The position numbers and the translations under genes are program-made. A stretch of DNA of 64,000 nucleotides from contig OY760175.1 in NCBI GenBank assembly GCA_963663165.1, positions 2,368,001 through 2,432,000 of the forward strand, read 5' to 3'. The notes under the pieces are model-generated. The model ran no database searches, had not been told where the DNA came from, and worked only from the letters and a program-made list of their open reading frames with translations. Positions 1-9,859 of this stretch are shown here, in pieces; the stretch's first letter is position 1, and every line of letters begins with the position of its first letter. This DNA is from an uncultured Desulfospira sp. Its GTDB lineage: Bacteria; Desulfobacterota; Desulfobacteria; Desulfobacterales; Desulfobacteraceae.

Positions 1-790
1 CGACCAGCTCGCTTAAGCTGAGTTCATCATAATCCTTGTTGACCTGGCCCGGTCCCTTTTGCATGGCGGCAAGGTCAATATTGATGTCATAGTGGACAAA
101 ATGAATGGTGGACACAGAGTTGTCTTCCGTGTTGACATGATTGATCATGCCCCGGTACAGCCGGATGGTGTACATATTCTCATCTTCAAGGTGAATGAGC
201 TTTCCGGAAGGGGCGGTGGAGATGCTGGTGACCCCCTGAGTCCGCCGGTCCTCAATAAAGATATCGGTTAAATCCCGTGTTTTCATGTTTACATGGGACA
301 CATAAATCATGATATCCTTGAGCTGGGCGTTGAACTGCCGTTCCTGAAGGGCCAGGTCAATACTGGACCTTGCCAGATCGATACTGGTCTTTTTAAGGGA
401 CAGTTTTCCCCATGACACCCCGAAGACCGTTATCCACATGGTCAGCAAGGTGCCAAGAACACAGAAGACCAGCACCGGCGGCAATATCCGGTAAAGGGAC
501 ATGCCCGCTCCCTTTAACGCCACAATTTCATTTTCACCGGACATGCGCATAAAGGTTAACAGTATGGAAATCATAACCGACATGGGAAGGGTAAATTCCA
601 TGAACCTTGGCAGGGTGTAAATCACCATTAAAAGAATGGCGGACGGGTCTGCATTATAATTGACCACCATGTTGGTGATCCCGGGGATCCGGGTCATCAA
701 AAAAACAAAGGTCAGAAAAAAAAGACTGATGCCGAAGGGAGATAAAAGTTCCTGGAAAATATACCGGTTTATGGTTTTAGCTGAATTCAT
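1..790 (-). CDS. lptF: LPS export ABC transporter permease, LptF/LptG family (3' part runs off the window)
   Basis: Not in ORF track because it has no stop in the window. Manual translation from ATG 790: MNSAKTINRYIFQELLSPFGISLFFLTFVFLM...LPMSVMISILLTFMRMSGENEIVALKGAGMSLYRILPP, matching the YjgP/YjgQ R-M/L-S-x-E-x-E-x-x-A-L-K-x-x-G motif. Confidence 0.8.
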   Translation of the reverse strand, partial: MNSAKTINRYIFQELLSPFGISLFFLTFVFLMTRIPGITNMVVNYNADPSAILLMVIYTLPRFMEFTLPMSVMISILLTFMRMSGENEIVALKGAGMSLYRILPPVLVFCVLGTLLTMWITVFGVSWGKLSLKKTSIDLARSSIDLALQERQFNAQLKDIMIYVSHVNMKTRDLTDIFIEDRRTQGVTSISTAPSGKLIHLEDENMYTIRLYRGMINHVNTEDNSVSTIHFVHYDINIDLAAMQKGPGQVNKDYDELSLSELV

Positions 791-887
791 TTTTACGCAA
801 AATAATGATTACCCGAAAAATAGTCAACCTTTAATAGGCGAAGAGGCTGAAGGGCATCGGCCAAAGGAGGCCGCCCTCTCTCACCGG

Positions 888-972
888 CCCACTTTCCCAC
901 TTTCCCACTTTCTCACTTTCTCACTTTCCCACTTTCTCACTTTCCCACTTTCTCACTTTCCCACTTTCCCAC
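888..972. repeat. Tandem 8-bp repeat C(C/T)CACTTT, 10 full units plus a partial unit
   Basis: Read directly: CCCACTTT and CTCACTTT units from 888 to 967, between divergent lptF and thiN. Confidence 0.95.
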
Positions 973-1029
973 CAGCCCCAAACCACAATTCTATTGTACT
1001 GACAAGGGGTTTCATGATATGCCCCTGTC

Positions 1030-1689
1030 ATGAAATGTGTCATATTTGCAGGCGGGACCTTTGGCCGGGATCAGGCCGGAGACCGGACAATCCACAGCCA
1101 TCTGGAAAGGGCGGATCTGATCATTGCCGCTGACAGCGGTGCCGGCCATCTAAAAAAACTCAACCGTTTTCCTCATTTCATCCTGGGGGATCTGGATTCC
1201 ATTGATCCGGCCACCCTTGAATATTTTGAACGCCAGAAGGTCACCTTTATCCGTTACCCCAGCAAAAAAGACAAGACCGACACAGACCTGTGTGTGGACT
1301 TTGCGCTGAAAAAAAATGCATCCGATATCACCCTGGCCGGCTCAACAGGACACCGGATGGACCATACCCTGGCCAATATTTTCCTTCTTCGCAGGCTTTC
1401 GGATCTTAAAATTCCAGCCCGGATCATTGACGGGCACAATGAAATTTACCTGATGCATTCTTCGTTGACAACTTCCCTGGAAATCAAAGGCCGGCCCAAC
1501 GAATTTTTATCGGTTATTCCCATTTCAGAAACTGTGGAGGGGGTGACCTTAAAAGGGCTGGCATATCCTTTGGATAACCATACCATCCCCTTGGGGTCAT
1601 CCCTTGGGATCAGCAACTCTTTTAAGGATGAATCGGCTGTGGTCACCATCAAAAAAGGATGCCTGGTGGTCACAAAATCCAGGGATTAA
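1030..1689 (+). CDS. thiN: Thiamine diphosphokinase
   Basis: IAADSGA, GDLDSI, KDKTDTDL, GHRMDHTLAN and GISN motifs typical of TPK. Confidence 0.93.
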   Translation: MKCVIFAGGTFGRDQAGDRTIHSHLERADLIIAADSGAGHLKKLNRFPHFILGDLDSIDPATLEYFERQKVTFIRYPSKKDKTDTDLCVDFALKKNASDITLAGSTGHRMDHTLANIFLLRRLSDLKIPARIIDGHNEIYLMHSSLTTSLEIKGRPNEFLSVIPISETVEGVTLKGLAYPLDNHTIPLGSSLGISNSFKDESAVVTIKKGCLVVTKSRD

Positions 1690-1732
1690 ACACAACTCAC
1701 AGCTATCGGCTGCCAGCTGTTTACCACTGCGC

Positions 1733-2572
1733 CTATTCCTTTGGATCTTCTTCCCCTTCTTCCCCCTCCTCCCCTGGTGGCGGCGTCTGGGCTACGGTAT
1801 GTTCAACCAGGAACTCTTCAACTTTTTCATAACTGGTTGTGACAATGACATGTTCAATTTTAATGTCTTTTACCACCCCTTCCATATAGGGGTTTACAAC
1901 ATTAATCAGTTTGGCTTTCTGTGCCTCTAACCGGTCAAAGTCCTTGATGTCGTTGTAGATCAGTGAGCTTAAAAATACCGTTATCGCCTCCATGGCCCTG
2001 GGGTGAAGCAAGGGCATTTCCTGCCCCGGCATCAGCTCGTTGAGAAGCAGTTCCATTTTCAGGCAAAGATACCGGTCTTCGGTGTTGGAGCTGATCTTGT
2101 TCAGGTTCACGGCAATGGGGTCAAGGGAGATGGCGGTTGCTGAATTTTCTCCGCCTTTGCCGGATTTGGAAAGGGTTTTCTGCCATTCCTCTACCCGGCC
2201 GTTTTCCCCTTTAAGGGTCATTTTGGAATCCTCAAACTGAACGATTTCAAAAATATTGGTGGTATTTTTCTCCCATACCTTATCAATATTGGATTCCGTC
2301 ACAGTGAACACAATCTGCTTGTCACTGATGTGCCAGGTCCCTTTGGCACTGCCTTTGGCGGCCACAATTTTCTCAGTGGCATCGGCAATCCTCACCGAGG
2401 ACTGCCATTGCCCCTGAGGGCTTATGATCAGCAGAATATAGGTCCTGCTCCTGAGCTGAAACCAGTTCCCCAGAACCTGCTCTTCCTGGGCAACGGTTTT
2501 TTCACCGTCACCGCCGCCGCATCCGGCCTGGATAAACAACAGGCACAATAAAAAAATAGACATATATCGCAT
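1733..2572 (-). CDS. Putative lipoprotein with C-terminal FliL-like domain
   Basis: Lipobox-like FIQAGC; C-terminal LDPIAVNL...RYLCLKMELLL...AITVFLSS...VKDIKIEHVIV resembles FliL; acidic tail. Confidence 0.6.
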   Translation of the reverse strand: MRYMSIFLLCLLFIQAGCGGGDGEKTVAQEEQVLGNWFQLRSRTYILLIISPQGQWQSSVRIADATEKIVAAKGSAKGTWHISDKQIVFTVTESNIDKVWEKNTTNIFEIVQFEDSKMTLKGENGRVEEWQKTLSKSGKGGENSATAISLDPIAVNLNKISSNTEDRYLCLKMELLLNELMPGQEMPLLHPRAMEAITVFLSSLIYNDIKDFDRLEAQKAKLINVVNPYMEGVVKDIKIEHVIVTTSYEKVEEFLVEHTVAQTPPPGEEGEEGEEDPKE

Positions 2573-2645
2573 GAGAGATATCCTGATAATGAAGGTTCAA
2601 GATCTAGGAGAAGCTACCATGAAGGAAGGATACTGGTCAACCCAT

Positions 2646-2684
2646 AAAAAAAGGCGCTCCGACCACCGTCAGGACGCCTTTTTT
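2646..2684. terminator. Rho-independent terminator-like hairpin with A and T tails
   Basis: AAAAAAAGGCG...CGCCTTTTTT downstream of the minus-strand HesB gene. Confidence 0.65.
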
Positions 2685-2685
2685 A

Positions 2686-2776
2686 TTAGCTTTTAGGCGT
2701 TAGCTATTAGCTGTTAGCTTTTGACTGATAGCTGCTGGCCTTTGGGCTAACGGCTAATGGCTAAAAGCTAACGGCT
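2686..2776. repeat. Inverted heptamer tracts (TTAGCNN)n ... (GCTAANN)n
   Basis: TTAGCTT TTAGGCG TTAGCTA TTAGCTG TTAGCTT... followed by GCTAACG GCTAATG GCTAAAA GCTAACG. Confidence 0.85.
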
Positions 2777-2780
2777 TTTT

Positions 2781-3098
2781 TTATGATGAACTGCAACCGC
2801 CGGAACTGCAGCCGGAGCAGCCGGACTGGCCAAGGTCAATATTTGAATCCAGGCTGAATCCCATTCCTGTGAAATCAATTTTAATGGTCTGGGCTTTTTC
2901 CATAAAATCCTTTTCAACGACGAACTTGTGTCCTTTAACGTCAAAGGTGTCATCCGTATCTCTAGGCTCATCCAGAGCCATGGCAAGAGAGGGGCCCCCT
3001 CAGCCGCCGGAATTCAAAAAGATCCGTATGGGGGACGGCGCCTTCCCCTGGAAATAATCGTCAATCTGCGTTTTGGCAGAATCTGTTAATTCAATCAT
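2781..3098 (-). CDS. IscA/HesB-family selenoprotein (Sec at in-frame TGA 3000-3002), 105 aa
   Basis: AAGGAG RBS then ATG 3098: MIELTDSAKTQIDDYFQGKAPSPIRIFLNSGG-TGA-GGPSLAMALDEPRDTD...; the TGA falls at the GG(C/U)G position; C-terminal CSGC. Confidence 0.88.
2959..2990 (-). promoter_or_regulatory. Bacterial SECIS-like hairpin
   Basis: mRNA UCUCU-UGCCAU-GGCUC-UGGAU-GAGCC-U-AGAGA begins ~10 nt after the UGA and has a G-containing apical loop. Confidence 0.65.
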
Positions 3099-3277
3099 GG
3101 TGTTTGGTCTCCTTATGCTTTAATTTTTCACCAGGCTGCATTTCCCTTCAATACCTTCACTCTAAACACGGTCACAGGGCCTGTCAATGCCGCCCGAAAC
3201 TGGCCCGCACAAAATAATTGACAATTCATAGGTGAAAGCTGATAATAAAATTTTTAATTTTTCTTTCAACGACCCCA

Positions 3278-4342
3278 ATGAAATTATCCGTCCCTTACAT
3301 ACCTGACCCGGATTATGAAGGGTTTTTGCTGGACAGAATTTCTTTTCTGGATTCCATTTATTTTGGCCTTCACTCAGGACCGCTTCTGGATTCACGGGTG
3401 AGGTTCTCATCTTTGGGCATCCAGCAGCTTGCCCAGGGGCTGCTGCCCTTTGGCCATGTTAAAAAATACGCGCTGGTCAATGGCCGGTTTATCCCGCCCC
3501 ACCTTTACCATGACCGGTCTTTTGCTCGAAAGCTTTTGGACAACTTAACGGTCCTGTACGACACCTGCGGGCTTGCCGGCATGGTGATGGTGGACGTTTA
3601 CCTGTTACAGGCATTAGATCAAACCGGCCACCGCCTGGTCCCTTTAATCGAGGCCGTGCCCGGGGCAAACCTGATGATGGACTGTCCTTCAAAAATCTTT
3701 TCCGTGTTAGAGGCCATTGAACAAACCCGGTTTAAGATGCCCCACAAAATTGTAGTTGACCGCTCTTTAAACCGAAATCCTGAAACTCTTTCCCAATTGA
3801 ACGACAGCGTTAAATCGGTTTTCCCGGACATCGCCATTGAGCTGTTAGCCAACGAGGGATGCCTATACCAGTGCCCGTTTAAACCAACCCACGATGCTCA
3901 GATTTCCCTTTCCAATACCGGCCTTGTCCGGGAAGAAACCCATAAGCTCAACCAGGCATTCGGGTGCCACAACACCTTTTATCACCACCCCCACAAATTT
4001 TTAAAATCGCCCTTTATCCGGCCCGAGGATCTGCACCATTACGAAGGCCTTGCCGATACCGTCAAAATCTGCGGCAGAACCCTTGGCCCCTCTTTTTTAA
4101 AACAGGCGGTCACGGCCTATATGGACCAAAGCTTTGACGGCAGCCTGCCCGAACTCATGGACACAACCCATTTTTTGTCCCGGCGGTTTGAACTCAACAA
4201 CAAAGACCTTGGCCCTGATTTTTTTAAAATGGTGACCAACTGTACAAAAAATTGCAAATGGTGTACCCTGTGTCCAGATCTATTTTCAAACACAGCAAAA
4301 CTATTAAACCCGACCATACCCCTTTACGAGGACTGCCAATGA
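3278..4342 (+). CDS. U32 peptidase-family (Fe-S) protein
   Basis: [22 protein letters not shown] and VKICGR motifs; C-terminal C-x3-C-x2-C-x2-C. Confidence 0.7.
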   Translation: MKLSVPYIPDPDYEGFLLDRISFLDSIYFGLHSGPLLDSRVRFSSLGIQQLAQGLLPFGHVKKYALVNGRFIPPHLYHDRSFARKLLDNLTVLYDTCGLAGMVMVDVYLLQALDQTGHRLVPLIEAVPGANLMMDCPSKIFSVLEAIEQTRFKMPHKIVVDRSLNRNPETLSQLNDSVKSVFPDIAIELLANEGCLYQCPFKPTHDAQISLSNTGLVREETHKLNQAFGCHNTFYHHPHKFLKSPFIRPEDLHHYEGLADTVKICGRTLGPSFLKQAVTAYMDQSFDGSLPELMDTTHFLSRRFELNNKDLGPDFFKMVTNCTKNCKWCTLCPDLFSNTAKLLNPTIPLYEDCQ

Positions 4343-5355
4343 AAATACTTGTTACCGGAGGGGCCGGCTATATCGGCTCCCACACCTGTGTTGAACTTCT
4401 CAATGAAAATTATGAGGTAGTGGTTATCGACAACCTGTGCAACAGTTCGGAAAAATCGTTGAACCGGGTTAAAAAAATCACGGGAAAAGACCTGGTATTT
4501 TACAAAACCGATCTTTTGGACAAGGACGGCCTGATCCCCATCTTCCAGGACCATAAAGTTGACGCGGTTATTCATTTCGCCGGCCTTAAAGCGGTCGGGG
4601 AATCGGTGGACATCCCGCTGACCTATTTTCACAACAACATCACCGGAACCTTAAACCTGCTTGAAGTCATGGCCGCCGCCAATGTGAAAAATATGGTGTT
4701 TTCGTCATCGGCCACGGTATACGGGGACCCGGCATCCCTGCCCATAAAGGAGGATTTCCCCTTAAGCGTGACCAACCCCTACGGCCGGACCAAGCTGATG
4801 ATCGAAGAAATCCTCAAGGATCTTTATGTATCGGACAATGAATGGAATATTGCCCTGCTTCGATATTTTAACCCTGTGGGGGCCCATGAATCCGGTACCA
4901 TCGGAGAAGATCCCAACGGCATTCCCAACAACCTGATGCCCTATATCGCAAAGGTTGCCATCGGGGCCTTAGACCGGCTCAGCGTTTTCGGCAATGACTA
5001 CGACACCCCGGACGGCACCGGGGTCAGGGATTTTATTCACGTGGTGGACCTGGCACAAGGCCACATTAAAACCCTTCCCAAGCTGTTTACCAATCCCGGT
5101 GTGGTGACCTATAATTTAGGAACCGGAAACGGTTTTTCCGTTCTTGAAATGGTCAAGGGGTTTGAAAAGGCCTCCGGCCAAAAGGTCTCTTATCAGATAA
5201 CGGACCGGCGGCCCGGGGATATTGCGGCATGTTACGCAGACCCGTCAAAAGCCAGAGAAGAACTGGGCTGGACTGCCCGAAAAACCCTTGAAGATATGTG
5301 CCAGGATACCTGGAAGTGGCAAAAAAATAACCCTGATGGGTTTGGTTCACCCTAA
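4339..5355 (+). CDS. galE: UDP-glucose 4-epimerase
   Basis: Start [15 protein letters not shown] (ATGA overlap with upstream stop); [26 protein letters not shown]. Confidence 0.97.
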   Translation: MKILVTGGAGYIGSHTCVELLNENYEVVVIDNLCNSSEKSLNRVKKITGKDLVFYKTDLLDKDGLIPIFQDHKVDAVIHFAGLKAVGESVDIPLTYFHNNITGTLNLLEVMAAANVKNMVFSSSATVYGDPASLPIKEDFPLSVTNPYGRTKLMIEEILKDLYVSDNEWNIALLRYFNPVGAHESGTIGEDPNGIPNNLMPYIAKVAIGALDRLSVFGNDYDTPDGTGVRDFIHVVDLAQGHIKTLPKLFTNPGVVTYNLGTGNGFSVLEMVKGFEKASGQKVSYQITDRRPGDIAACYADPSKAREELGWTARKTLEDMCQDTWKWQKNNPDGFGSP

Positions 5356-5374
5356 TTGAATTTAGGAGAAAAAT

Positions 5375-7054
5375 ATGGAAAAAAATCTGGCGGAACTGGA
5401 AAAGCTGATTAAAAACTCAAACATTAAAGCGGCAGCGGAAAGCATCGGCCGCCTGATGACAGGCCCGGAGGATGACAAACAGCGCGTGATGGAAATGCTG
5501 GCCCTGACCCCGGACAAAACAGCTCTGGATCTGCTGGATTTTCTATTTGAAGAAAATGTGCTGGCACCCGGGACGGCAGAGCCTTTGTTCCAGCTGGTTA
5601 TAGACCGGGCCCATCTTCATTTTCCCTTTGTCCTGATTTTGTTAAGGCACGGGGGCAGGCAACGGGCCCTTGCGGCGGTTTCCCTGCTGCGACATGTCAT
5701 GGGCCGGGAAACCAATACCGGCATCCTGGCCGAAATCATTAAAACCGCCGGCTTAAACAAGCTGGACAAACTCACCGATGATATCGCCGAATTCATATTT
5801 TATGATGATCCTAAGCTCAAATCCTGTGCTGTACAGGCCTTAGAACGGATTGGGACCGAGCGTGCCCTGGATCGGCTTGAAAAAATTGCTGAAACCAGCA
5901 AGTGTGACCAGGACGTGCTGGATGCCGTCCACCTGCTCAAAACCAATGCCCAGCAAGGACCGCTTTCAATTACCCCGGAAGAACCTGAACCCGAACCGCC
6001 GGCTCAGGCGGAACCGGCCGGCGAAACGCCGCCGGATGCGGCCCAGCCCTCCTTTGAAGACCAGCTTGAACTCTTATCATCCAGCGACGTGGCCCAGCGT
6101 TACCAGGCGTTTAACTATTTTTCCATGAGAAGCGAAGACGTGGCCAGGGCCCTGTCCGAGTGCCTGGACACGGACAATGAAGACCTGATGATCTCCCTGC
6201 TCTGGCTTGTCACGGTCTCCATCCCCAATGATGCGATCCAGGACCTGTTTTCCATTATCTCCAACGGGCCGGTGGATAACCGGATAAAATTTTGTGTTTA
6301 CTCTGCCCTGGAGGCCTATCCCCGGCTTGATTCGGCCGCTATTTTAACAAAGGGAATCACGGAACCTGCGGCATATGTCCGGGTGGCTGTGGTCAAGGCC
6401 CTTGAAAAACACTGCTCAGACTATGTGGTGGCGGAAATCCGGCAGAAGATTGAATCCGGCACCAAATCCGGTGAGGAACTGGTGCGGACCATCCTGGATG
6501 TCAGGGCCGAACGCCTTATTCAGGCCCTTTTAAAATCCGACACCTTCTCCTATATCGCGTCCAATTACCTTGAAAACAAAGCATCCCCGGCAGCACTGGA
6601 TACCTATATCCGGATCCTTGAAGACCGAAACTTAAAATCTACGGTTAAACGATTTCAAAAAATCAGGGATGATAAAGCCTTTGGCCCGAAACCCCTGGTC
6701 ATGGTGGTCTGTCCGGCCCAGCCCTATCTGGAGGTTTACGGCAGACGCATTCATACCTGCGGCTTTGAGGCCGTCCTCCATACCGGCACCCAGGAAGCTT
6801 TCGAAGACCTCATGAACCGGAAACCTTCGGCCCTGATCTGCTGTGTGATGCTCAACAACATGAGCTGTATCGATTTTGTCAAAGAGGCCCGGCAGGTATA
6901 CGGCCCAGACGAACTGCCCATCATTGTCTCATCCCTGCTTAAAGATTTTTGCGTTGGAAAAAACCAGGAAAAAGCGAAAAACGCCGGGATAACGGCGGTT
7001 GTGGAATTCCCGGCCAACCCGGCACAGATCAAATCCTGGGTGAAAGCCGGTTGA
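5375..7054 (+). CDS. HEAT-repeat protein with C-terminal receiver-like domain
   Basis: HEAT-like helices (LKSCAVQALERIG, VRVAVVKAL), Pro/Glu linker, CheY-like C-terminus (LPIIVSS, AKNAGITAVVEFP). Confidence 0.6.
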   Translation: MEKNLAELEKLIKNSNIKAAAESIGRLMTGPEDDKQRVMEMLALTPDKTALDLLDFLFEENVLAPGTAEPLFQLVIDRAHLHFPFVLILLRHGGRQRALAAVSLLRHVMGRETNTGILAEIIKTAGLNKLDKLTDDIAEFIFYDDPKLKSCAVQALERIGTERALDRLEKIAETSKCDQDVLDAVHLLKTNAQQGPLSITPEEPEPEPPAQAEPAGETPPDAAQPSFEDQLELLSSSDVAQRYQAFNYFSMRSEDVARALSECLDTDNEDLMISLLWLVTVSIPNDAIQDLFSIISNGPVDNRIKFCVYSALEAYPRLDSAAILTKGITEPAAYVRVAVVKALEKHCSDYVVAEIRQKIESGTKSGEELVRTILDVRAERLIQALLKSDTFSYIASNYLENKASPAALDTYIRILEDRNLKSTVKRFQKIRDDKAFGPKPLVMVVCPAQPYLEVYGRRIHTCGFEAVLHTGTQEAFEDLMNRKPSALICCVMLNNMSCIDFVKEARQVYGPDELPIIVSSLLKDFCVGKNQEKAKNAGITAVVEFPANPAQIKSWVKAG

Positions 7055-7827
7055 AGCCCATTGCCATAGGCGCGCGGCTCCAGGAATGCCCCCAAATCCT
7101 GACCCTGGGATTCAAGCCCGATTTCTTGAGCTACACGCCCGAAGAAAGGGAACTGCTGCTGGCCGCCCCTAAAATTTTTTATCCCACGGCATTTTATGCA
7201 GACCTTTTCAATGCCATGGGCAAACCCACTTTCCCAAGCTACCACACCTATAAGTTCGCCCAGGATAAAATACGGCAGACCGCCATGTTTCAAATGCGGG
7301 GCATCCCCCATCCCCGGACACGGGTGTTTTTTGCCAGGAAAACGGCCCAACAGAAAATCGGCCGCCTTTTTTCATTTCCCTTTATCGCCAAGATCCCCAG
7401 GGGCTCGGCCCAGGGCCGGGGGGTATTTTTGATCCAGTCTGCCCAGGACCTGGACGATTACCTTTCCCTTAAAGGCCCCTTCTATATCCAGGAATACCTT
7501 CCCTGTGACCGGGACATGCGCATTATCGTCATGGGCGGCCAGGCCGTGCTGTCCTATTGGCGGATCTCACAGGGCAACAGTTTTAAAACCAATGTTTCCC
7601 AGGGCGGGGCCATCCACTTTGCCCCCATCCCCAGACCCGCCTTAGACCTTGCCCTTACCACGGCAAGGCTTTGCGGATGGGATGATGTGGGCATTGACGT
7701 CATCCAGTCCGGCAACAAATTTTATGTGTTAGAGGGAAACATGAAATACGGCACCCGGGGATTTCAGAAAGCCGGCATTGATTATAAGCAGTTTCTTTGC
7801 CAGCTGATCCTGAAAGGACGGGTTTAA
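7051..7827 (+). CDS. RimK-family ATP-grasp ligase
   Basis: FPFIAKIPRGSAQGRGVFLI, YIQEYLP, DMRIIV, FKTNVSQGG, GIDVI, VLEGN; likely TTG start at 7051 overlapping the upstream stop. Confidence 0.85.
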   Translation: MKPIAIGARLQECPQILTLGFKPDFLSYTPEERELLLAAPKIFYPTAFYADLFNAMGKPTFPSYHTYKFAQDKIRQTAMFQMRGIPHPRTRVFFARKTAQQKIGRLFSFPFIAKIPRGSAQGRGVFLIQSAQDLDDYLSLKGPFYIQEYLPCDRDMRIIVMGGQAVLSYWRISQGNSFKTNVSQGGAIHFAPIPRPALDLALTTARLCGWDDVGIDVIQSGNKFYVLEGNMKYGTRGFQKAGIDYKQFLCQLILKGRV

Positions 7828-7828
7828 A

Positions 7829-7860
7829 CTGGGGGACCTGGGATCTGGGACTTGGGGGGC
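7829..7860. repeat. Short heptamer tract (CTGGGNN-like)
   Basis: CTGGGGGA CCTGGGA TCTGGGA CTTGGGG between convergent genes. Confidence 0.55.
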
Positions 7861-7886
7861 TTTCGGATGATCCTGATAGGAAGGGT

Positions 7887-8441
7887 TCAAAATATCCCGG
7901 CGTCCTGCTCATCTTCTTCCCATTCTTTAAGATAGGCCCTGGTCACTGCATATTTTGATTTTCCGGCGGGTTTTAACAGCACATACCCCATTTTTTCAAG
8001 GTCTTCTTCCAGAAGGCTGAAAAATCCCTGTTCAATTTTTTCGGCCTCAGGCAGATCCGGGTCTATAGCATCCCCCATGGCCTGAACCTGTTCCTTAACC
8101 GCCAGGGTCAGGTACCCTTCAGGAACAAACGCCCGGCATTCCATGGCATTCCACTGTTCGGGGAAATTTTTTATTTTCCACGGAATCATGTTGCCGGGCC
8201 TTAAGATATCTTTTTTTTTCGGGTTGAACGCCGCCTCCGCAATGGCGATTTTTTGGCCGGTCTGCATCAGCGCCTTTAACAGGCCTTTGATATCATTGCC
8301 GAAAATCCACTCTTCGGGTTCCAGGAGAACCGGCGGATACTCGGCACTGGTCAGGGCATACCGGAACGGCCCCTGGTCTTTCCAGAATTTTTTAAACTCG
8401 GCACAATGGGTCAGGACACGCCGGGGGAACTCCTCTGTCAT
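7887..8441 (-). CDS. Hypothetical protein
   Basis: Long ORF with AAGGA RBS before MTEEFP; follows the TerB-like gene on the same strand. Confidence 0.75.
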   Translation of the reverse strand: MTEEFPRRVLTHCAEFKKFWKDQGPFRYALTSAEYPPVLLEPEEWIFGNDIKGLLKALMQTGQKIAIAEAAFNPKKKDILRPGNMIPWKIKNFPEQWNAMECRAFVPEGYLTLAVKEQVQAMGDAIDPDLPEAEKIEQGFFSLLEEDLEKMGYVLLKPAGKSKYAVTRAYLKEWEEDEQDAGIF

Positions 8442-8451
8442 GGTTCTTTCC

Positions 8452-8907
8452 TTAAGACTTTGACAGCTGTTTTCGGGCCAGAAGTTTGGCATCAATCAGA
8501 TCGCTGTGGCTTAAATTCAACAGGTCCGCGAGCCTGTGGGCAAAGTGGTCTTCGTGGGCTTCCAACTCCCCGTCCAGGAGAATAACCCGCCAGACCGAGG
8601 TCATCAGGTCAATCTTTTGCTTCTCGCTGAACTGTTCGTTTAAAAACCGGGTATACCTGAAAAAGTTGACATGTTCCTTTCGCTCTTTATCCCGTTCGGC
8701 CAGCAGGTCATCAATCTCCTGGGGCGGCACCCGGTAGTTGGTTTCAAGGGTTTTGACCAGGTGGGCCTTTTCTTGTTTGCTGCACTGCCCGTCGGCAAAG
8801 GCCGCATCAAACAGCAGAACCGCCAGGGCCAGTTCAACGGAAAGGCTGTCCTGCTCGGGCAACTGGGTTTGATCGCCGCTGATAATCTTTTTGATATATT
8901 CAAACAT
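8452..8907 (-). CDS. TerB-family protein
   Basis: LALAVLLFDAAFADG, WRVILLDGELEAHE...RLADLL pattern. Confidence 0.85.
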   Translation of the reverse strand: MFEYIKKIISGDQTQLPEQDSLSVELALAVLLFDAAFADGQCSKQEKAHLVKTLETNYRVPPQEIDDLLAERDKERKEHVNFFRYTRFLNEQFSEKQKIDLMTSVWRVILLDGELEAHEDHFAHRLADLLNLSHSDLIDAKLLARKQLSKS

Positions 8908-9109
8908 GTGGTGTTAAAATCCTTTTTATCCTGAAACCGGCCGGATCAGGGGTCCGGTGTCTTGACGGCCATTGCATATATATAATGTCAGGATATTCTG
9001 CGGTACCTTCGGGATTGGTATATGGCATTTGAACCTTGATAAATTTTTGTGGCGAAGCGATACCATATGCAGTGCAGGTCCAATACCAACCGTTTGGTAC
9101 GCGGGTAAA

Positions 9110-9340
9110 AAAATAATGTTATCCTGGTCAAGACCGACATCGCCGTCAACCTTGCCTGTTCCGTCATGATAGCCCTGGGAAATGGCACCATCCCAAGTTC
9201 CGGGCGTGATATTCCGGGCCCCGGCATTATTCATGGCCCCGGTCTGTGCCCCCCAGTTTCCCGAGGGTTTTCCCCCAGTATGTTTTGCCGGAGAGTACAT
9301 CTGCAGGGTCTGCACCGCCGGTGTCTTCTTTTTCAGGCAT
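9110..9340 (-). pseudogene. Frameshifted remnant of a surface/secreted protein repeat module
   Basis: MPEKEDTGGADPADVLSGKTYWG, then after a 1-nt shift SGNWGAQTGAMNNAGARNITPGT...GYHDGTGKVDGDVGLDQDNI; recalled resemblance to modules of DUF1566/Lcl-type proteins. Confidence 0.4.
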
Positions 9341-9347
9341 TTTTTTA

Positions 9348-9457
9348 TATGAAAGACTCACTAACAAGCTGAAAAAACTTTCATTTTTCGTTGTGGGCGG
9401 TGCTTGGTTGGATAACCAAGACGGCCCGGTTTCTGCCCTTTAGGGTATGGCCGTTAT
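9348..9457 (+). repeat. Dispersed two-hairpin repeat, copy 1 (L1/R1)
   Basis: GAAAGACTCACTAACAAGCTG...GTGGGCGGTGCTTGGTTGGATAACCAAG...GGCCGTTA; homologous to copies at 9675, 12586, 44208 and 62016. Confidence 0.9.
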
Positions 9458-9674
9458 TAGAAATTTTCATACAAAGACTCCCCATTCTTTTCAGTCTGGC
9501 TGACCCTCTGGAACAACGCCCTTTCTTGTCTTCTTTGTTGGGAAAATCTGTCATAAAAAAACAGGAAAAGCAAGCAGATCTCTTTATCTGATCATTGGTA
9601 AATACGGTTTCCATGGTATTTTTGCCGCCGGAGTGTCCAGCTGTTTTCCTTAAGCTGCCTGGATTTTTTTTTAG

Positions 9675-9784
9675 ATGAAAGTCTCAGTAACGTCCTGAGA
9701 AAACTTTCAATATTTGTTGTGGGCGGTGCTTGGTTGGATAACCAAGGCGGCCCGGTTTCTGCCCTTTAGGGTATGGCCGTTATA
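9675..9784 (+). repeat. Dispersed two-hairpin repeat, copy 2 (L2/R1)
   Basis: GAAAGTCTCAGTAACGTCCTGAG...GTGGGCGGTGCTTGGTTGGATAACCAAG...GGCCGTTATA. Confidence 0.9.
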
Positions 9785-9859
9785 TGGATTTCTTGACAAA
9801 ACAGGATGTTCCATATCTATTTTAGCTGACTTTCTTACCCATAAGGACGGATCATACCG

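Noticed and set aside
660..1133. 157-aa plus-strand ORF
   Set aside because: Antisense to lptF and runs through the octamer repeat; spurious
9348..9784. Possible CRISPR array from two similar palindromic repeats
   Set aside because: Units are ~110 bp, only two occur in tandem, the family is dispersed elsewhere, and no cas genes are present
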